Shown here: in pieces, positions 17,840 to 27,154 of the stretch | Position numbering within the stretch: position 1 is the stretch's first letter | How the letters are laid out: the number at the start of each line of letters is the position of its first letter | Notes under the pieces: generated by a model | The model's database searches: none | Seen by the model: the letters and a program-made list of their open reading frames with translations, nothing else | What the model was told of the DNA's origin: nothing | DNA from: an uncultured Alphaproteobacteria bacterium | GTDB lineage: Bacteria > Pseudomonadota > Alphaproteobacteria > Methylaequorales > Methylaequoraceae | Length of the DNA stretch: 64,000 nucleotides | NCBI GenBank assembly: GCA_902537615.1 | Contig: CACBBU010000003.1 | Coordinates: forward strand, 17,647-81,646 | Direction of reading: 5' to 3' | Translations under genes and position numbers: made by a program

Positions 17840-19538
17840 TATCTATCTTTTTTTTTTGGTTATCTTTATCAAGTGCTGCGCCTATGATATCCCCAATGCT
17901 AGCTCCAGAGGAGCTTGACCCATATTCTTTGAGCGCTTCTTTTTCTTCTTGAATTTCAAGGTCTTTAACAGATAACTCATATAAGTTATCTTTAGTAGAT
18001 TTTTTTATAACTTTTGCATCAATTTTTTCTTTGACTGCGAACCTTTCGGTATTTTGTTCATTTTTAGATTTTGCTAGGTTGGTCTTTTTAATAAACCCCT
18101 GTTTGTCGTTATCAAATTTTACAGTAATCTTATCCTTTTCAATTTCACATATTATTCCTGTTACAATTTTATTAATGGTCTCATCTGATTTTGTGGGATC
18201 AGCGGATAACTGTTTAATGCCCAATGAAACTCTTTCCTTATCTAAATCAATTTCTAGAATTTTAAATTTTATCAGATCGTTGACTTTATAATTTTTAATA
18301 GCATCCTCACCCGACTTTTCCCAAGAAATATCTGACAGATGAATTAGGCCATCTAGATTATTTGATAGTTCAACAAATATTCCAAAATCTGTTAAGTTTT
18401 TAATTTTTCCTTCTGCAATATCACCTTTTTTGTTTTTATCGGCAAAAAGTTTCCAGGGATTTTCTATACATTGTTTTCTACCAAGGCTTATTCTTCTTTT
18501 ATTATGGTCTACTTCAAGAATCATAACTTCAACTTCTTCACCAATTTTTACAATATTATTTGGATGGACATTTTTATTTACCCAGCTTAACTCAGAATTA
18601 TGAATTAAACCTTCTACACCTCTCTCAAGTTGAACAAAAGCACCGTAATCTGCGATATTGGAAATTTTTGATTTAATTATTGAACCTACTTTATATTCAT
18701 TGTCTACATTTTTCCATGGATCCTCGGTTAATTGTTTTAACCCCAAGCTTATTCTATTATTATCTTTATCATACTTGGTAACTATGACCTCTATTTCATC
18801 ACCTACCTTAAATTTTTCTGATGGGTGGTTAACTCTTTCCCAAGATAAGTCAGTCACATGAATAAGACCGTCCATTCCACCTAAGTCAACAAATACTCCA
18901 TAGTCAGTTATATTTTTTATAATCCCTTTTAATTTGTCTCCTTCAGAAATATCTGACAAAAGTTTACTTCTATCTGCTTTTCGTGATTCTTCAAGCAGTG
19001 CTCTTCTAGACACAACAATGTTACCCCTTAATTTATCCATCTTTAGAATAATCATTGGTTGGGGTTTGTTTAAGAGTGGCGAGATATCTTTAATTGGCTT
19101 CAAATCAACTTGGCTTCCAGGAAGGAAAGCTAAAGCTCCATTAATGTCAACAGCAAAGCCTCCTTTTACTCTCTCAGTAATTATTCCCATAACCTGTTGA
19201 TTGGAATCCTGTATCTTTTCTAAGTTATTCCAAGACTCTTCTTTTCTAGCCCTATCACGACTTAGGAGGGCTTCACCCTCTTTATTTTCTAGTTTCTCTA
19301 GGTAAACATCATATTTTTCTCCAACCTTAACATTGTGTTCCTCACCTGGAGAATGAAATTCTTTAATTGGTATCCTTCCCTCTGATTTTAATCCAACGTC
19401 TACGACAACTGTATCATTAACTATCGATAGAACGGTACCTTTAATAATTTGGCCTTCTTTATATTTAAATTCTGATAGGCTTTTTTCCAAAAGTTCGTTA
19501 AAATTTTCTTCCAATATAATTTCCTCTGAATTAATCAA
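17826..19538 (-). CDS. rpsA: 30S ribosomal protein S1
   Basis: Six S1 repeats (G.V......GA/FV.L..G..GL.H.S...W). 570 aa. Confidence 0.97.
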   Translation of the reverse strand: MINSEEIILEENFNELLEKSLSEFKYKEGQIIKGTVLSIVNDTVVVDVGLKSEGRIPIKEFHSPGEEHNVKVGEKYDVYLEKLENKEGEALLSRDRARKEESWNNLEKIQDSNQQVMGIITERVKGGFAVDINGALAFLPGSQVDLKPIKDISPLLNKPQPMIILKMDKLRGNIVVSRRALLEESRKADRSKLLSDISEGDKLKGIIKNITDYGVFVDLGGMDGLIHVTDLSWERVNHPSEKFKVGDEIEVIVTKYDKDNNRISLGLKQLTEDPWKNVDNEYKVGSIIKSKISNIADYGAFVQLERGVEGLIHNSELSWVNKNVHPNNIVKIGEEVEVMILEVDHNKRRISLGRKQCIENPWKLFADKNKKGDIAEGKIKNLTDFGIFVELSNNLDGLIHLSDISWEKSGEDAIKNYKVNDLIKFKILEIDLDKERVSLGIKQLSADPTKSDETINKIVTGIICEIEKDKITVKFDNDKQGFIKKTNLAKSKNEQNTERFAVKEKIDAKVIKKSTKDNLYELSVKDLEIQEEKEALKEYGSSSSGASIGDIIGAALDKDNQKKKIDNEEK

Positions 19539-19562
19539 TACTTGGTTTACAAAATTTTGGTC

Positions 19563-20243
19563 TTATATGCAATCACTAAATAATATCTGTTTTTTTTTAA
19601 TATGATCAATTGCTTTGTTCAGTACTTCTGATTCATTAATTTTACTTGTATCAATAAAGTGACTATCTACTGTTTGAATCAATGGTGATATCTTCCTTTT
19701 TTTGTCTTGAAGGTCTCTTTCAATCAGTTCTTTTAAAATTATACCATAACTACTTTTTGGTAAATTTAGTTGAGAAAGTCTTCTTTTAGCTCTTATTTTC
19801 ACATCTGCATCAATGTAAAATTTAACTTCAGCATTTGGAGTGATTATGCTTGTTATGTCCCTTCCATCAATAACAGAGCCAACTCCATTAGGTGGGTAGT
19901 TAGCAAAATTCCTTTGCGATAAAATAAGTTTTTGTCTAACAAATTTGAGTTTAGCTATTTTGGATGAAATTTTTGTTATCTTTTCAGACCTTAGGTCCAT
20001 TTGCTGGATTTTATTTTTGTCAACAAAAACATTTAGATTGATGTCAACTTCACGAAGCATTTTTAAATCTTCGTTTAACTTTAAAAACTCATAAGCAAAT
20101 ATTCTGTACAACAATCCACTGTCTAAGTGGTCAAAGTTAAGAACTTTGGCAAGCTTTTTGGCTAGGGTTCCTTTTCCTGACCCTGCAGTACCATCTATAG
20201 CAATCACTGGTTTTTTATTTTGAAACATTACTAATGGTTGCAT
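19563..20243 (-). CDS. cmk: cytidylate kinase
   Basis: IAIDGTAGSGKGTLAKKLA P-loop, DGRD motif. The start may be the internal MFQNKK Met. Confidence 0.9.
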   Translation of the reverse strand: MQPLVMFQNKKPVIAIDGTAGSGKGTLAKKLAKVLNFDHLDSGLLYRIFAYEFLKLNEDLKMLREVDINLNVFVDKNKIQQMDLRSEKITKISSKIAKLKFVRQKLILSQRNFANYPPNGVGSVIDGRDITSIITPNAEVKFYIDADVKIRAKRRLSQLNLPKSSYGIILKELIERDLQDKKRKISPLIQTVDSHFIDTSKINESEVLNKAIDHIKKKQILFSDCI

Positions 20244-21534
20244 TTAAACTATTCATAGTTTCTCTGAATTTTGGAAAAGAGGTTTTTATCATTGAAGAAT
20301 CGTCAATTGTAATACTTTTTTCAGCTGCAAGACCAAAAGTAAGCATTGACATAGCAATTCTATGATCATTTTTTGTTACAACATAACTACCTCCTTTTTG
20401 TTTCTTGTTACCCATAACTTCAAGGGAATTTTTCTTTAGATGTATTTCTACTCCAGCATTTTTCAATGCATCAGCCATTGTTTTTAAACGATCACTCTCT
20501 TTGAATTTAAGTTCTTCAAGTCCCCTGAAAATAGACTTTCCAGAGGCATAAGAGGCTGCTACAAACAGTATTGGAAACTCGTCAATTAATCTTGGTGCAA
20601 GGCTTGAATCAACATCAGTAGAAATAAGGCTTGAACTTTCTACAAAAATATCTCCTATTAATTCACCGTTAATGATATCTTTATTTAAAATATTTATTTT
20701 TGCATTCATCTTTTTTAGAACATCTAAAAGTCCAGTCCTGTAAAAATTTAACCCTACATTTTTTAGTATAATTTTACTTCCTTTAGTAATTAAAGCTGCA
20801 ACTATTAAGAAAGCGGCAGAGCTAAAATCTCCTGGTATAAAAATATCTTTTGGTTTTAAAAAATTTGGAGATTTTAAAGTGATTACATTTTTTTCCTTGC
20901 TTATATTAGCCCCTAGATAATTTAATAGGATTTCTGTGTGGTCACGACTCGGAATTTTTTCTTTAATTATTGTTGTTCCACGCAAATTTAAGCCTGCTAA
21001 AAGAATTGCACTTTTAACTTGAGCTGAACCTATTTTTAATGAGTATGTAATGGGTAAGGAAGAATCATTATTGTTTTCAATTTTTATTGGAAGACAACCA
21101 TTGTTATGCTTAACCAATGCATTCATTTTTATTAGCGGCTCTATAATTCTCATCATAGGTCTTGATGAAAGAGATTCGTCACCAGTAAAATTCGCACTTA
21201 TATTTCTTGAAGACAACAAACCTACGAGTAATCTCAAACCTGTGCCAGAATTACCAAGAAACAAATCTTCCTTAGGGTGATCAAAAAAACCACCTTGACC
21301 GAATATCTCAAATTGATTTCCTTTTTTTGAAATTTTGATTCCAAGTTTTTTTAAGCAATTTAATGTATTTTTTACATCTTCAGATTCTAAAAGATTTGAA
21401 ATCTTTGTATTCCCAAAGCAAATTGAGGAGATTAGTAGGGCTCTAATTGAAATTGATTTATCTGCTGGAACAGATAATTTACCAACAAGGCATTTACTTT
21501 TCAAAGATTTAAGAGTAAATGTATTTTTTGTCAT
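20215..21534 (-). CDS. aroA: 3-phosphoshikimate 1-carboxyvinyltransferase (EPSP synthase)
   Basis: PADKSISIRALL, LGNSGTGLRLL, DHRIAMS motifs. 439 aa. Confidence 0.95.
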   Translation of the reverse strand: MTKNTFTLKSLKSKCLVGKLSVPADKSISIRALLISSICFGNTKISNLLESEDVKNTLNCLKKLGIKISKKGNQFEIFGQGGFFDHPKEDLFLGNSGTGLRLLVGLLSSRNISANFTGDESLSSRPMMRIIEPLIKMNALVKHNNGCLPIKIENNNDSSLPITYSLKIGSAQVKSAILLAGLNLRGTTIIKEKIPSRDHTEILLNYLGANISKEKNVITLKSPNFLKPKDIFIPGDFSSAAFLIVAALITKGSKIILKNVGLNFYRTGLLDVLKKMNAKINILNKDIINGELIGDIFVESSSLISTDVDSSLAPRLIDEFPILFVAASYASGKSIFRGLEELKFKESDRLKTMADALKNAGVEIHLKKNSLEVMGNKKQKGGSYVVTKNDHRIAMSMLTFGLAAEKSITIDDSSMIKTSFPKFRETMNSLNATISNVSK

Positions 21535-21577
21535 TAATTGATTTATAGTTTATTTGAACCAGTAAGGGAATTGTTAA

Positions 21578-21871
21578 ATGGAAGATTTTAAAAAAGGAGC
21601 TAAGAGAAAGTGTACTCAGTGCAGTACCCTATTCTTTGATTTTGAGAAGTTCCCAATAATATGTCCAAATTGTGGATATGAGTTAACTTCTTTGCTCACA
21701 AACGTTTCAAAAAGAGGAAGACCACCAAAAAGTGCTAAACCTGAGGAAACAGTAAAGGAAAAAGAAATTGAAATTGAAGAAATTGACAGTGGAGAAGATA
21801 TTGTTCCATCAGTAAGCGATGATGATGATTCGGTGGAAGATATGATAGAAATTGAAAGAGAAGAAGAATAA
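21578..21871 (+). CDS. TIGR02300-family zinc-ribbon protein with acidic tail
   Basis: GAKRKCTQCSTLFFDFEKFPIICPNCG followed by a D/E-rich C-terminus. Conserved partner divergent from aroA in alphaproteobacteria. Confidence 0.7.
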   Translation: MEDFKKGAKRKCTQCSTLFFDFEKFPIICPNCGYELTSLLTNVSKRGRPPKSAKPEETVKEKEIEIEEIDSGEDIVPSVSDDDDSVEDMIEIEREEE

Positions 21872-21918
21872 TCTTTAATTCCTATTGTTTTGTTTATTAT
21901 TATGAATAAACTTTTACT

Positions 21919-22044
21919 ATGGCAAAATTATATTTTTCATTTATCTTTTTTGTTTTTTTATCAAGTTGTGGAACTATAGGCGGAGCAATCTCTGGGGTAG
22001 GTGAAGACATTAAGGATGTTGGAGATTTTATAAAATCAGAGTAA
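21919..22044 (+). CDS. entericidin A/B-like small lipoprotein (41 aa, below ORF-track cutoff)
   Basis: Hand translation: MAKLYFSFIFFVFLSSCGTIGGAISGVGEDIKDVGDFIKSE*. Lipobox L-S-S-C, then a G.G.DI...G..I pattern as in entericidins. Confidence 0.5.
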   Translation: MAKLYFSFIFFVFLSSCGTIGGAISGVGEDIKDVGDFIKSE

Positions 22045-22062
22045 ACAACTTTTTTGTTTATT

Positions 22063-22138
22063 GGGGCTGTAGCTCAGTTGGGAGAGCGTCTGGATGGCAT
22101 TCAGAAGGTCGTCGGTTCGATCCCGTCCAGCTCCACCA
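22063..22138 (+). tRNA. tRNA-Ala (anticodon GGC), CCA encoded
   Basis: Cloverleaf folded by hand: acceptor GGGGCTG/CAGCTCC with the G3:U70 Ala identity pair, anticodon stem TCTGG/TCAGA, loop ATGGCAT, T-arm GTCGG TTCGATC CCGTC. Confidence 0.9.
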
Positions 22139-22368
22139 ACTAATAAATCCGCTTTATTAATTTTATTATATATAAGTTCGTTAATTCTTCTTATTAACGC
22201 GTGTACTAATAAATCAATAATGAATTTAAAAATAGCTCTATTTTGAGTAATAAAGAACTTTTACTTTGTTAAGAAAAAGTTGTTGAAAAATAATAGAATG
22301 TATTATAGATAATATAATGAATGCTTTTTTTAAGGTTCACTAATTATCGCTCTAGTTTATGAGGATTT

Positions 22369-22836
22369 ATGAGTAGAATGTCAGTTTTTAACAGTCCCTT
22401 TCTCTTAGGTTTTGAACAATTTGAAAGAACTATTGATAGAATTTCTAAATTGTCAACTGAGACATATCCTCCATATAACATTGAGCAATTATCATCCAAT
22501 TTATTGAGAATAACAATAGCAGTTGCTGGTTTTGAGAAAGAAGATTTGGAAATAAATTTAGAGGGTAATCAACTTCAAATCAAGGGTTTTAAAAAAGAAG
22601 AAAGTGATGAAAGAATCTTTCTTCATAGAGGTATAGCAACAAGACAATTTCAAAGAAATTTTGTTCTGGCTGAAGGGATTGAAGTTGAGGGGGCTTCAAT
22701 GGAAAACGGACTATTATCGGTTGATCTTTCTCAACCAATCAATTCTGAAGAGTCAAAAAAAATTGAAATAAAGGACAGTTCTAAGTCAAATAATGAAAAA
22801 TTAATAAGTTTAGAGAATGGCAAATCAAATAGATAA
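22369..22836 (+). CDS. ibpA: small heat-shock protein, Hsp20/IbpA family
   Basis: YPPYNIEQLSSNLLRITIAVAGF, alpha-crystallin domain, GLLSVDL. GAGGA Shine-Dalgarno 5 nt upstream. Confidence 0.9.
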   Translation: MSRMSVFNSPFLLGFEQFERTIDRISKLSTETYPPYNIEQLSSNLLRITIAVAGFEKEDLEINLEGNQLQIKGFKKEESDERIFLHRGIATRQFQRNFVLAEGIEVEGASMENGLLSVDLSQPINSEESKKIEIKDSSKSNNEKLISLENGKSNR

Positions 22837-23044
22837 AGACATTATTTCACAAGATTTTTCTTTCAGCGAAGAGGGCTCAAGATATGCATTCGTAAAAAAA
22901 GAAATTCAAAAAGATGATAACTTTAGTACTGACATTTTTTCAGTTTACGGTTCTGACGGAACACTTTTGGCTGCTTTTGATTCCAAAGAAGCGGCTATTG
23001 CAGCAATAATGCAATCCGGCCTCAGATATATTAGCCTTCACTAA
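22817..23044 (+). CDS. DUF1150 family protein (conserved partner of alphaproteobacterial sHSP genes)
   Basis: ...YAFVKKEI...IFSVYGSDGTLLAAFDSKEAAIAAIMQSGLRYISLH matches the DUF1150 pattern (A.DGT.LA..DSR..A.A.A....L.P.SVH). Overlaps the ibpA stop. Confidence 0.7.
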   Translation: MANQIDKDIISQDFSFSEEGSRYAFVKKEIQKDDNFSTDIFSVYGSDGTLLAAFDSKEAAIAAIMQSGLRYISLH

Positions 23045-23045
23045 A

Positions 23046-23510
23046 TTAAATTTTTGAAAATAAAAATAATATTTCATCAATGGTTGTTGAGCCTCTAAGT
23101 CTTTCAATTTTCTGTTTTTTCCTTATAAAGTTTGATATAGACGAGAGTATTAAAAGATGGTCAGATTCTGAATTTTCAGGAGCAATGATAGAGAAAACTA
23201 AGTCAATTTTCACACCATCAGAGGCTGAAAAGTCAACCCCATTTTTTAGTTTTAAAAAAATAACTTGAGTTTTATTAATGCCGTTGACTTTTGTGTGAGG
23301 TATTGCAACTCCATTACCTACACTTGTGCTACCCAGTCTTTCCCTTTCGTTTAATTTGTCAATTATAAGTGATGATAAAGCTTTATTTTTCTTTGAAAAA
23401 ATGTTTCCTATTATCTTAAAAACATTTTTTTGGCTATCAGCTTGAACGTTTAGAAAAATCAAATTTTTGGAAATAAATTCTGAAAGTTTCATGTCATTTT
23501 TTGGGGTCAA
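23046..23510 (-). CDS. ptsN: PTS(Ntr) EIIA nitrogen-regulatory protein
   Basis: ERERLGSTSVGNGVAIPHTKV with the phospho-His. 154 aa. Downstream of hpf. Confidence 0.85.
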   Translation of the reverse strand: MTPKNDMKLSEFISKNLIFLNVQADSQKNVFKIIGNIFSKKNKALSSLIIDKLNERERLGSTSVGNGVAIPHTKVNGINKTQVIFLKLKNGVDFSASDGVKIDLVFSIIAPENSESDHLLILSSISNFIRKKQKIERLRGSTTIDEILFLFSKI

Positions 23511-24066
23511 GCCATCCTATGTTTCCATCAGATCTTTTAAATAAAAGATTTAACCTTTTATTTTTTGTATTCTTAAAAAAAATGGCATTTTGGTCGTTTA
23601 AATCCATTAACATTATTGCCTCACTTACAGTTAAAGATTTTATAATTTCTTCTGATTCAGCAATGATAACCGGTTCTTTTTCACTAATGTTGATCTTAAC
23701 TTTTTCTGGATTTTTAATAATATATTCACTTGCATTTGTTTCTATATCTTTTTTTGCTAATTTAGCTCTATGATCGGTTAATTTTCTGTGATATCTTCTA
23801 ATTCTTTTTTTTATCTTTTCATTTGCAAGATTAAATGCACCATAAGCATCATTACTCAAAGAATGTGACTTTATAAAAATTGTTTTTTCTAGATGAATAC
23901 TAATTTCACACCTAAAATTAAAAGTATCTTTTGAAAATAATATGCTTGAGCTGATAAAATCTTGAAAGTATTTATTTAAAGTTGAAGTTATAGAGTCAAT
24001 TGAATATTTTTTTAAAGACAATCCAATCTTGGTTTGTTTCCCAGAAACTAGTATTTTATTTTTCAT
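23494..24066 (-). CDS. hpf: ribosome hibernation promoting factor, long form
   Basis: N-terminal S30AE-type domain plus a C-terminal dimerisation domain (PVIIAESEEIIKSLTVSEAIMLMDLNDQNAIFFKN). 190 aa. Confidence 0.85.
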   Translation of the reverse strand: MKNKILVSGKQTKIGLSLKKYSIDSITSTLNKYFQDFISSSILFSKDTFNFRCEISIHLEKTIFIKSHSLSNDAYGAFNLANEKIKKRIRRYHRKLTDHRAKLAKKDIETNASEYIIKNPEKVKINISEKEPVIIAESEEIIKSLTVSEAIMLMDLNDQNAIFFKNTKNKRLNLLFKRSDGNIGWLDPKK

Positions 24067-24068
24067 TT

Positions 24069-24848
24069 TTAAAAGTTTTGTCCTAGATAAAAAGCCTGAA
24101 CATTTTTATTGTTCACAATCTCCTCAGGTTTCCCTTCAAAGAGAACCTTTCCTTCAAAGATAATGTATGCTCTATCAACTATTTCCAAAGTACTCTTTAC
24201 GTTGTGATCAGTTATTAAGACACCTATATTATTATTCTTTAAACTTTGGATTAAGTTTTTAATATCTTGGATTGCAATGGGATCTATTCCTGCAAGTGGC
24301 TCATCAAGTAGAACAAAATTAGGTTTTGCAGCCATACATCTTGCTATTTCTAATCTTCTTCTTTCTCCACCAGATAGTGAGAGTGATGGTGAATTCCTAA
24401 CGTGCTCAATACCAAAATCAGATAATAATTTTTCCAAGGTTTTTTTTATTTCATCATCTTTTTTTAAAGATTTTTGTAAAATAGCTAAAATATTTTCTTC
24501 AACATTTAAACCTCTAAAAACTGATGATTCTTGAGGTAAGTAACCTATGCCTAATTTAGATCTTCTATACATTGGGAATTCAGAAATTTCGTTTTTATCC
24601 AATAAAATTGAGCCGCTGTCGCTTCCAATTAACCCCATTATCATATAAAATAAAGTAGTTTTACCAGCTCCATTGGGTCCAAGTAAGGCAACAGATTCTC
24701 CTCTATTAAGTTTAATTGAAACATTGTTCACCACTTTTTTTTTGTTGTAAGTTTTTGAAATATTATTTATTTCTAGTCCCTTATTATGAACAGCAACAAA
24801 AGGTATATTAATTTGGTTCATTTGTCTCATAATTTTCTGTTTTATCAA
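24069..24848 (-). CDS. lptB: LPS export ABC transporter ATP-binding protein
   Basis: LLGPNGAGKTT, LSGGERRRLEIARCM, VLLDEP, ITDHN. The start may be an internal Met (MNQINIP, 24821). Confidence 0.92.
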   Translation of the reverse strand: MIKQKIMRQMNQINIPFVAVHNKGLEINNISKTYNKKKVVNNVSIKLNRGESVALLGPNGAGKTTLFYMIMGLIGSDSGSILLDKNEISEFPMYRRSKLGIGYLPQESSVFRGLNVEENILAILQKSLKKDDEIKKTLEKLLSDFGIEHVRNSPSLSLSGGERRRLEIARCMAAKPNFVLLDEPLAGIDPIAIQDIKNLIQSLKNNNIGVLITDHNVKSTLEIVDRAYIIFEGKVLFEGKPEEIVNNKNVQAFYLGQNF

Positions 24849-25632
24849 TTAATGCTCTAACCCTATTTTCATTCAAATTATTTAAATTGGGTGCGGGGAG
24901 TAATTTACTAATTCCTTTATTCATATCTACTTCAGCGTAATCACCTGTAAGAAAGCTTGAACCTTTCTGCAGTCTAACATTACCAAATAATTTACAAATA
25001 CCAGTATCTTTATTATAAAGCGCTTTATCACTAAATGCTACTTCATTATTTGTTCTAATTGAAATATCAGTAAAACCAAGAATCTTTTTAACATTCATTT
25101 TTTCGTCAACTTCGTTAATGTACCAAATTAACTTTTCGCCCTTGATAACAAACTCTGCATCTTTTATTGCAGTAGCTTTACCAGATGCTATGGCAACACC
25201 TTTATTTCTCCAATATTCCATTTTTTTGTTTGATTTGAGCTTATTTTTCTCTGATGTTAAAACAAGATTTTTTCCAAAAATTGCAAAGTAATCCTTTTTT
25301 AAATCGTATTCTGCAGAATGACCACCAATAATTTCAAGTTTTTTATCTGTTATTTTAACTTTTTTATGAGCTTTTACCAATTTTATATCCATTGCAGAAT
25401 CTTCTACTTCATTATAAAATGCTTCAATTTTTTCTGATGTTAGAGACATTGTTCCACTGCTTGCTTTTGCGTTACCAATTGCTAAATACTTTTTTTCGTT
25501 TTTGTGCCATTCAATTGCATCTTCAGCATAAATTTCAACTGGGTTATCTTTTTTACCGTCAATTAATTGTTGTGATTGAAGTTCAGAAAAAATAAAAATT
25601 AATAATATTAATATATACATTTTTATGTTCAC
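24808..25632 (-). CDS. lptA: LPS transport periplasmic protein LptA (extended, about 274 aa, apparently two OstA-like segments)
   Basis: Signal peptide and OstA-N-like beta-jellyroll repeats. Position between lptC and lptB. Confidence 0.7.
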   Translation of the reverse strand: MNIKMYILILLIFIFSELQSQQLIDGKKDNPVEIYAEDAIEWHKNEKKYLAIGNAKASSGTMSLTSEKIEAFYNEVEDSAMDIKLVKAHKKVKITDKKLEIIGGHSAEYDLKKDYFAIFGKNLVLTSEKNKLKSNKKMEYWRNKGVAIASGKATAIKDAEFVIKGEKLIWYINEVDEKMNVKKILGFTDISIRTNNEVAFSDKALYNKDTGICKLFGNVRLQKGSSFLTGDYAEVDMNKGISKLLPAPNLNNLNENRVRALIDKTENYETNEPN

Positions 25633-26201
25633 TTATTTAAGGTAAGGTAAGATTTTCCAAAAAAAATAACTTTATTTTCTTTGTTTATTATTTTAAAACC
25701 CTCAGACTTTATAATTGAATCATTTTTTCTTCCTACCACTGATTCATTTCCCGTCAATATTTGCTTTTTGAAGTCAAATTTTGCCTCAGAGGTTTCAAAT
25801 TTGATAGAATTTTTATTTGTAAACTCAACGTCACCATTTATTAATAAGGTTTGATTACTGTTGTTAAAAACACCAGTGTTTCCATAAATATAAAATTTTT
25901 CAGAGTTTGTTTCTATTTCGCCATTTGGTTTATCTAAATTAAAAATATTATCACTAGTGGTAAACCTTGTAGCTTTTTGAGCAGAAATTCTAAAAGGTTG
26001 CTGTTTTTTATCTAAACCCATAAAAAGGGGTTTCTTTAAAACTTGTGTTGTGGAGCTGAGTTCTTCACTTTCAAATGTGATTAAACTACCTTGGTTAGGA
26101 CTTTTTTGTGTAATACTTTTAATGATCAGGATTGTAAAGATAGAAATGGATAGAAATAATAAAAAATATTTTAGCGATTTTATTATTATGGAATACTGCA
26201 T
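25629..26201 (-). CDS. lptC: LPS export system protein LptC
   Basis: Single N-terminal TM, 190 aa. Position kdsD-lptC-lptA-lptB. Confidence 0.65.
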   Translation of the reverse strand: MQYSIIIKSLKYFLLFLSISIFTILIIKSITQKSPNQGSLITFESEELSSTTQVLKKPLFMGLDKKQQPFRISAQKATRFTTSDNIFNLDKPNGEIETNSEKFYIYGNTGVFNNSNQTLLINGDVEFTNKNSIKFETSEAKFDFKKQILTGNESVVGRKNDSIIKSEGFKIINKENKVIFFGKSYLTLNK

Positions 26202-26207
26202 TTTTAT

Positions 26208-27146
26208 CTATAGGATATCGTGTAAATGAATTATGCCTATTGGTTTTTTCTTTTTTGTTATGAAACAATTTGTAATTGATTGATTGTTCATAAGTTTGAG
26301 GGCTTCATTCACTAAAGTATCTGGAGAGAGTGTTTTTGGGTTTTTTGTCATTATTTCTGTTACGTTTTTTTCAAGTAAGTTTTTTGACATAAATCTTCTT
26401 AAGTCCCCATCTGTTATTATTCCTATCAGGGAACTATGCTTTTTTGATAAGACGCCAACACAACCTTGACCCTTTGAGGTCATTTCTAAAATTGCCTCAC
26501 TTACGTTCTTATCTTGTTTAATAAGCGGAATAAGCCTTTGAGTTTTCATAATATCTCCAACTTTTAGTAATAATCGTCCCAATTTCCCCCCAGGGTGAAG
26601 TTTTAGAAAATCTTTAGATGTAAACTTTCTTTTTCTAAGAAGAGCAATTGCTAGGGCGTCCCCAAGAACGAGTGTACATGTTGTAGAACTAGTAGGGGCT
26701 AATTCTAGTGGACAGGCTTCTACATTCTTTGGAATGAGTAATATTGTAGAGGACTGTCTCGCTAAGGTACTTTTTTCTTCGCTAGTTATAGAGATAATTG
26801 GAATATTTATCTTTTTACAAAATAGAATTAAATTAAGTAATTCTGAACTTTCTCCAGAATTTGATATCAAAATTATACAGTCTTTCCTTGTTATCATTCC
26901 AAGGTCACCATGGTTAGCTTCAGAAGGGTGTAAAAAAATAGATGAGGAACCAATTGATGAGAGAGTTGAAGAAATTTTTGAACCAATATGTCCACTCTTA
27001 CCTATTCCAGAGATTATTATTTTTCCAGAGGTTTTATAAAGACAATTTACCGCTTTTTCAAATTGACTCTTTCGTATACTTTTTTTTAAAAGGTTTAAAG
27101 CTTTAATTTCAATGTCAATTACATCCTGTCCAATAGAAAAGGTCAT
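26208..27146 (-). CDS. kdsD: arabinose-5-phosphate isomerase (KdsD/KpsF; SIS + tandem CBS)
   Basis: SGIGKSGHIGSKISSTLSSIGSSS SIS motif and C-terminal CBS pair. 312 aa. Confidence 0.9.
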   Translation of the reverse strand: MTFSIGQDVIDIEIKALNLLKKSIRKSQFEKAVNCLYKTSGKIIISGIGKSGHIGSKISSTLSSIGSSSIFLHPSEANHGDLGMITRKDCIILISNSGESSELLNLILFCKKINIPIISITSEEKSTLARQSSTILLIPKNVEACPLELAPTSSTTCTLVLGDALAIALLRKRKFTSKDFLKLHPGGKLGRLLLKVGDIMKTQRLIPLIKQDKNVSEAILEMTSKGQGCVGVLSKKHSSLIGIITDGDLRRFMSKNLLEKNVTEIMTKNPKTLSPDTLVNEALKLMNNQSITNCFITKKKKPIGIIHLHDIL

Positions 27147-27154
27147 TTTATGTA

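Noticed and set aside
22139-22215. An 11-bp direct repeat ACTAATAAATC (22139-22149 and 22205-22215) starts exactly at the tRNA-Ala 3' end and flanks a 7-bp-stem hairpin (CGTTAAT-N7-ATTAACG, 22179-22199). This could be an att-like scar or a MITE.
   Set aside because: At this base composition I estimate several such 11-mer repeats within 100 nt are expected by chance per window. The hairpin is AT-rich and short, and there is no other sign of a mobile element.
22260-22368. A ROSE-type RNA thermometer or sigma-32 promoter upstream of ibpA.
   Set aside because: Only a TTGAAA -35-like hexamer (22283-22288) with a poor -10 (ATTATAGA) was found. I could not find an anti-SD (UCCU-type) stretch able to pair with the GAGGA Shine-Dalgarno. 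The evidence is inconclusive, so it is not reported as a feature.
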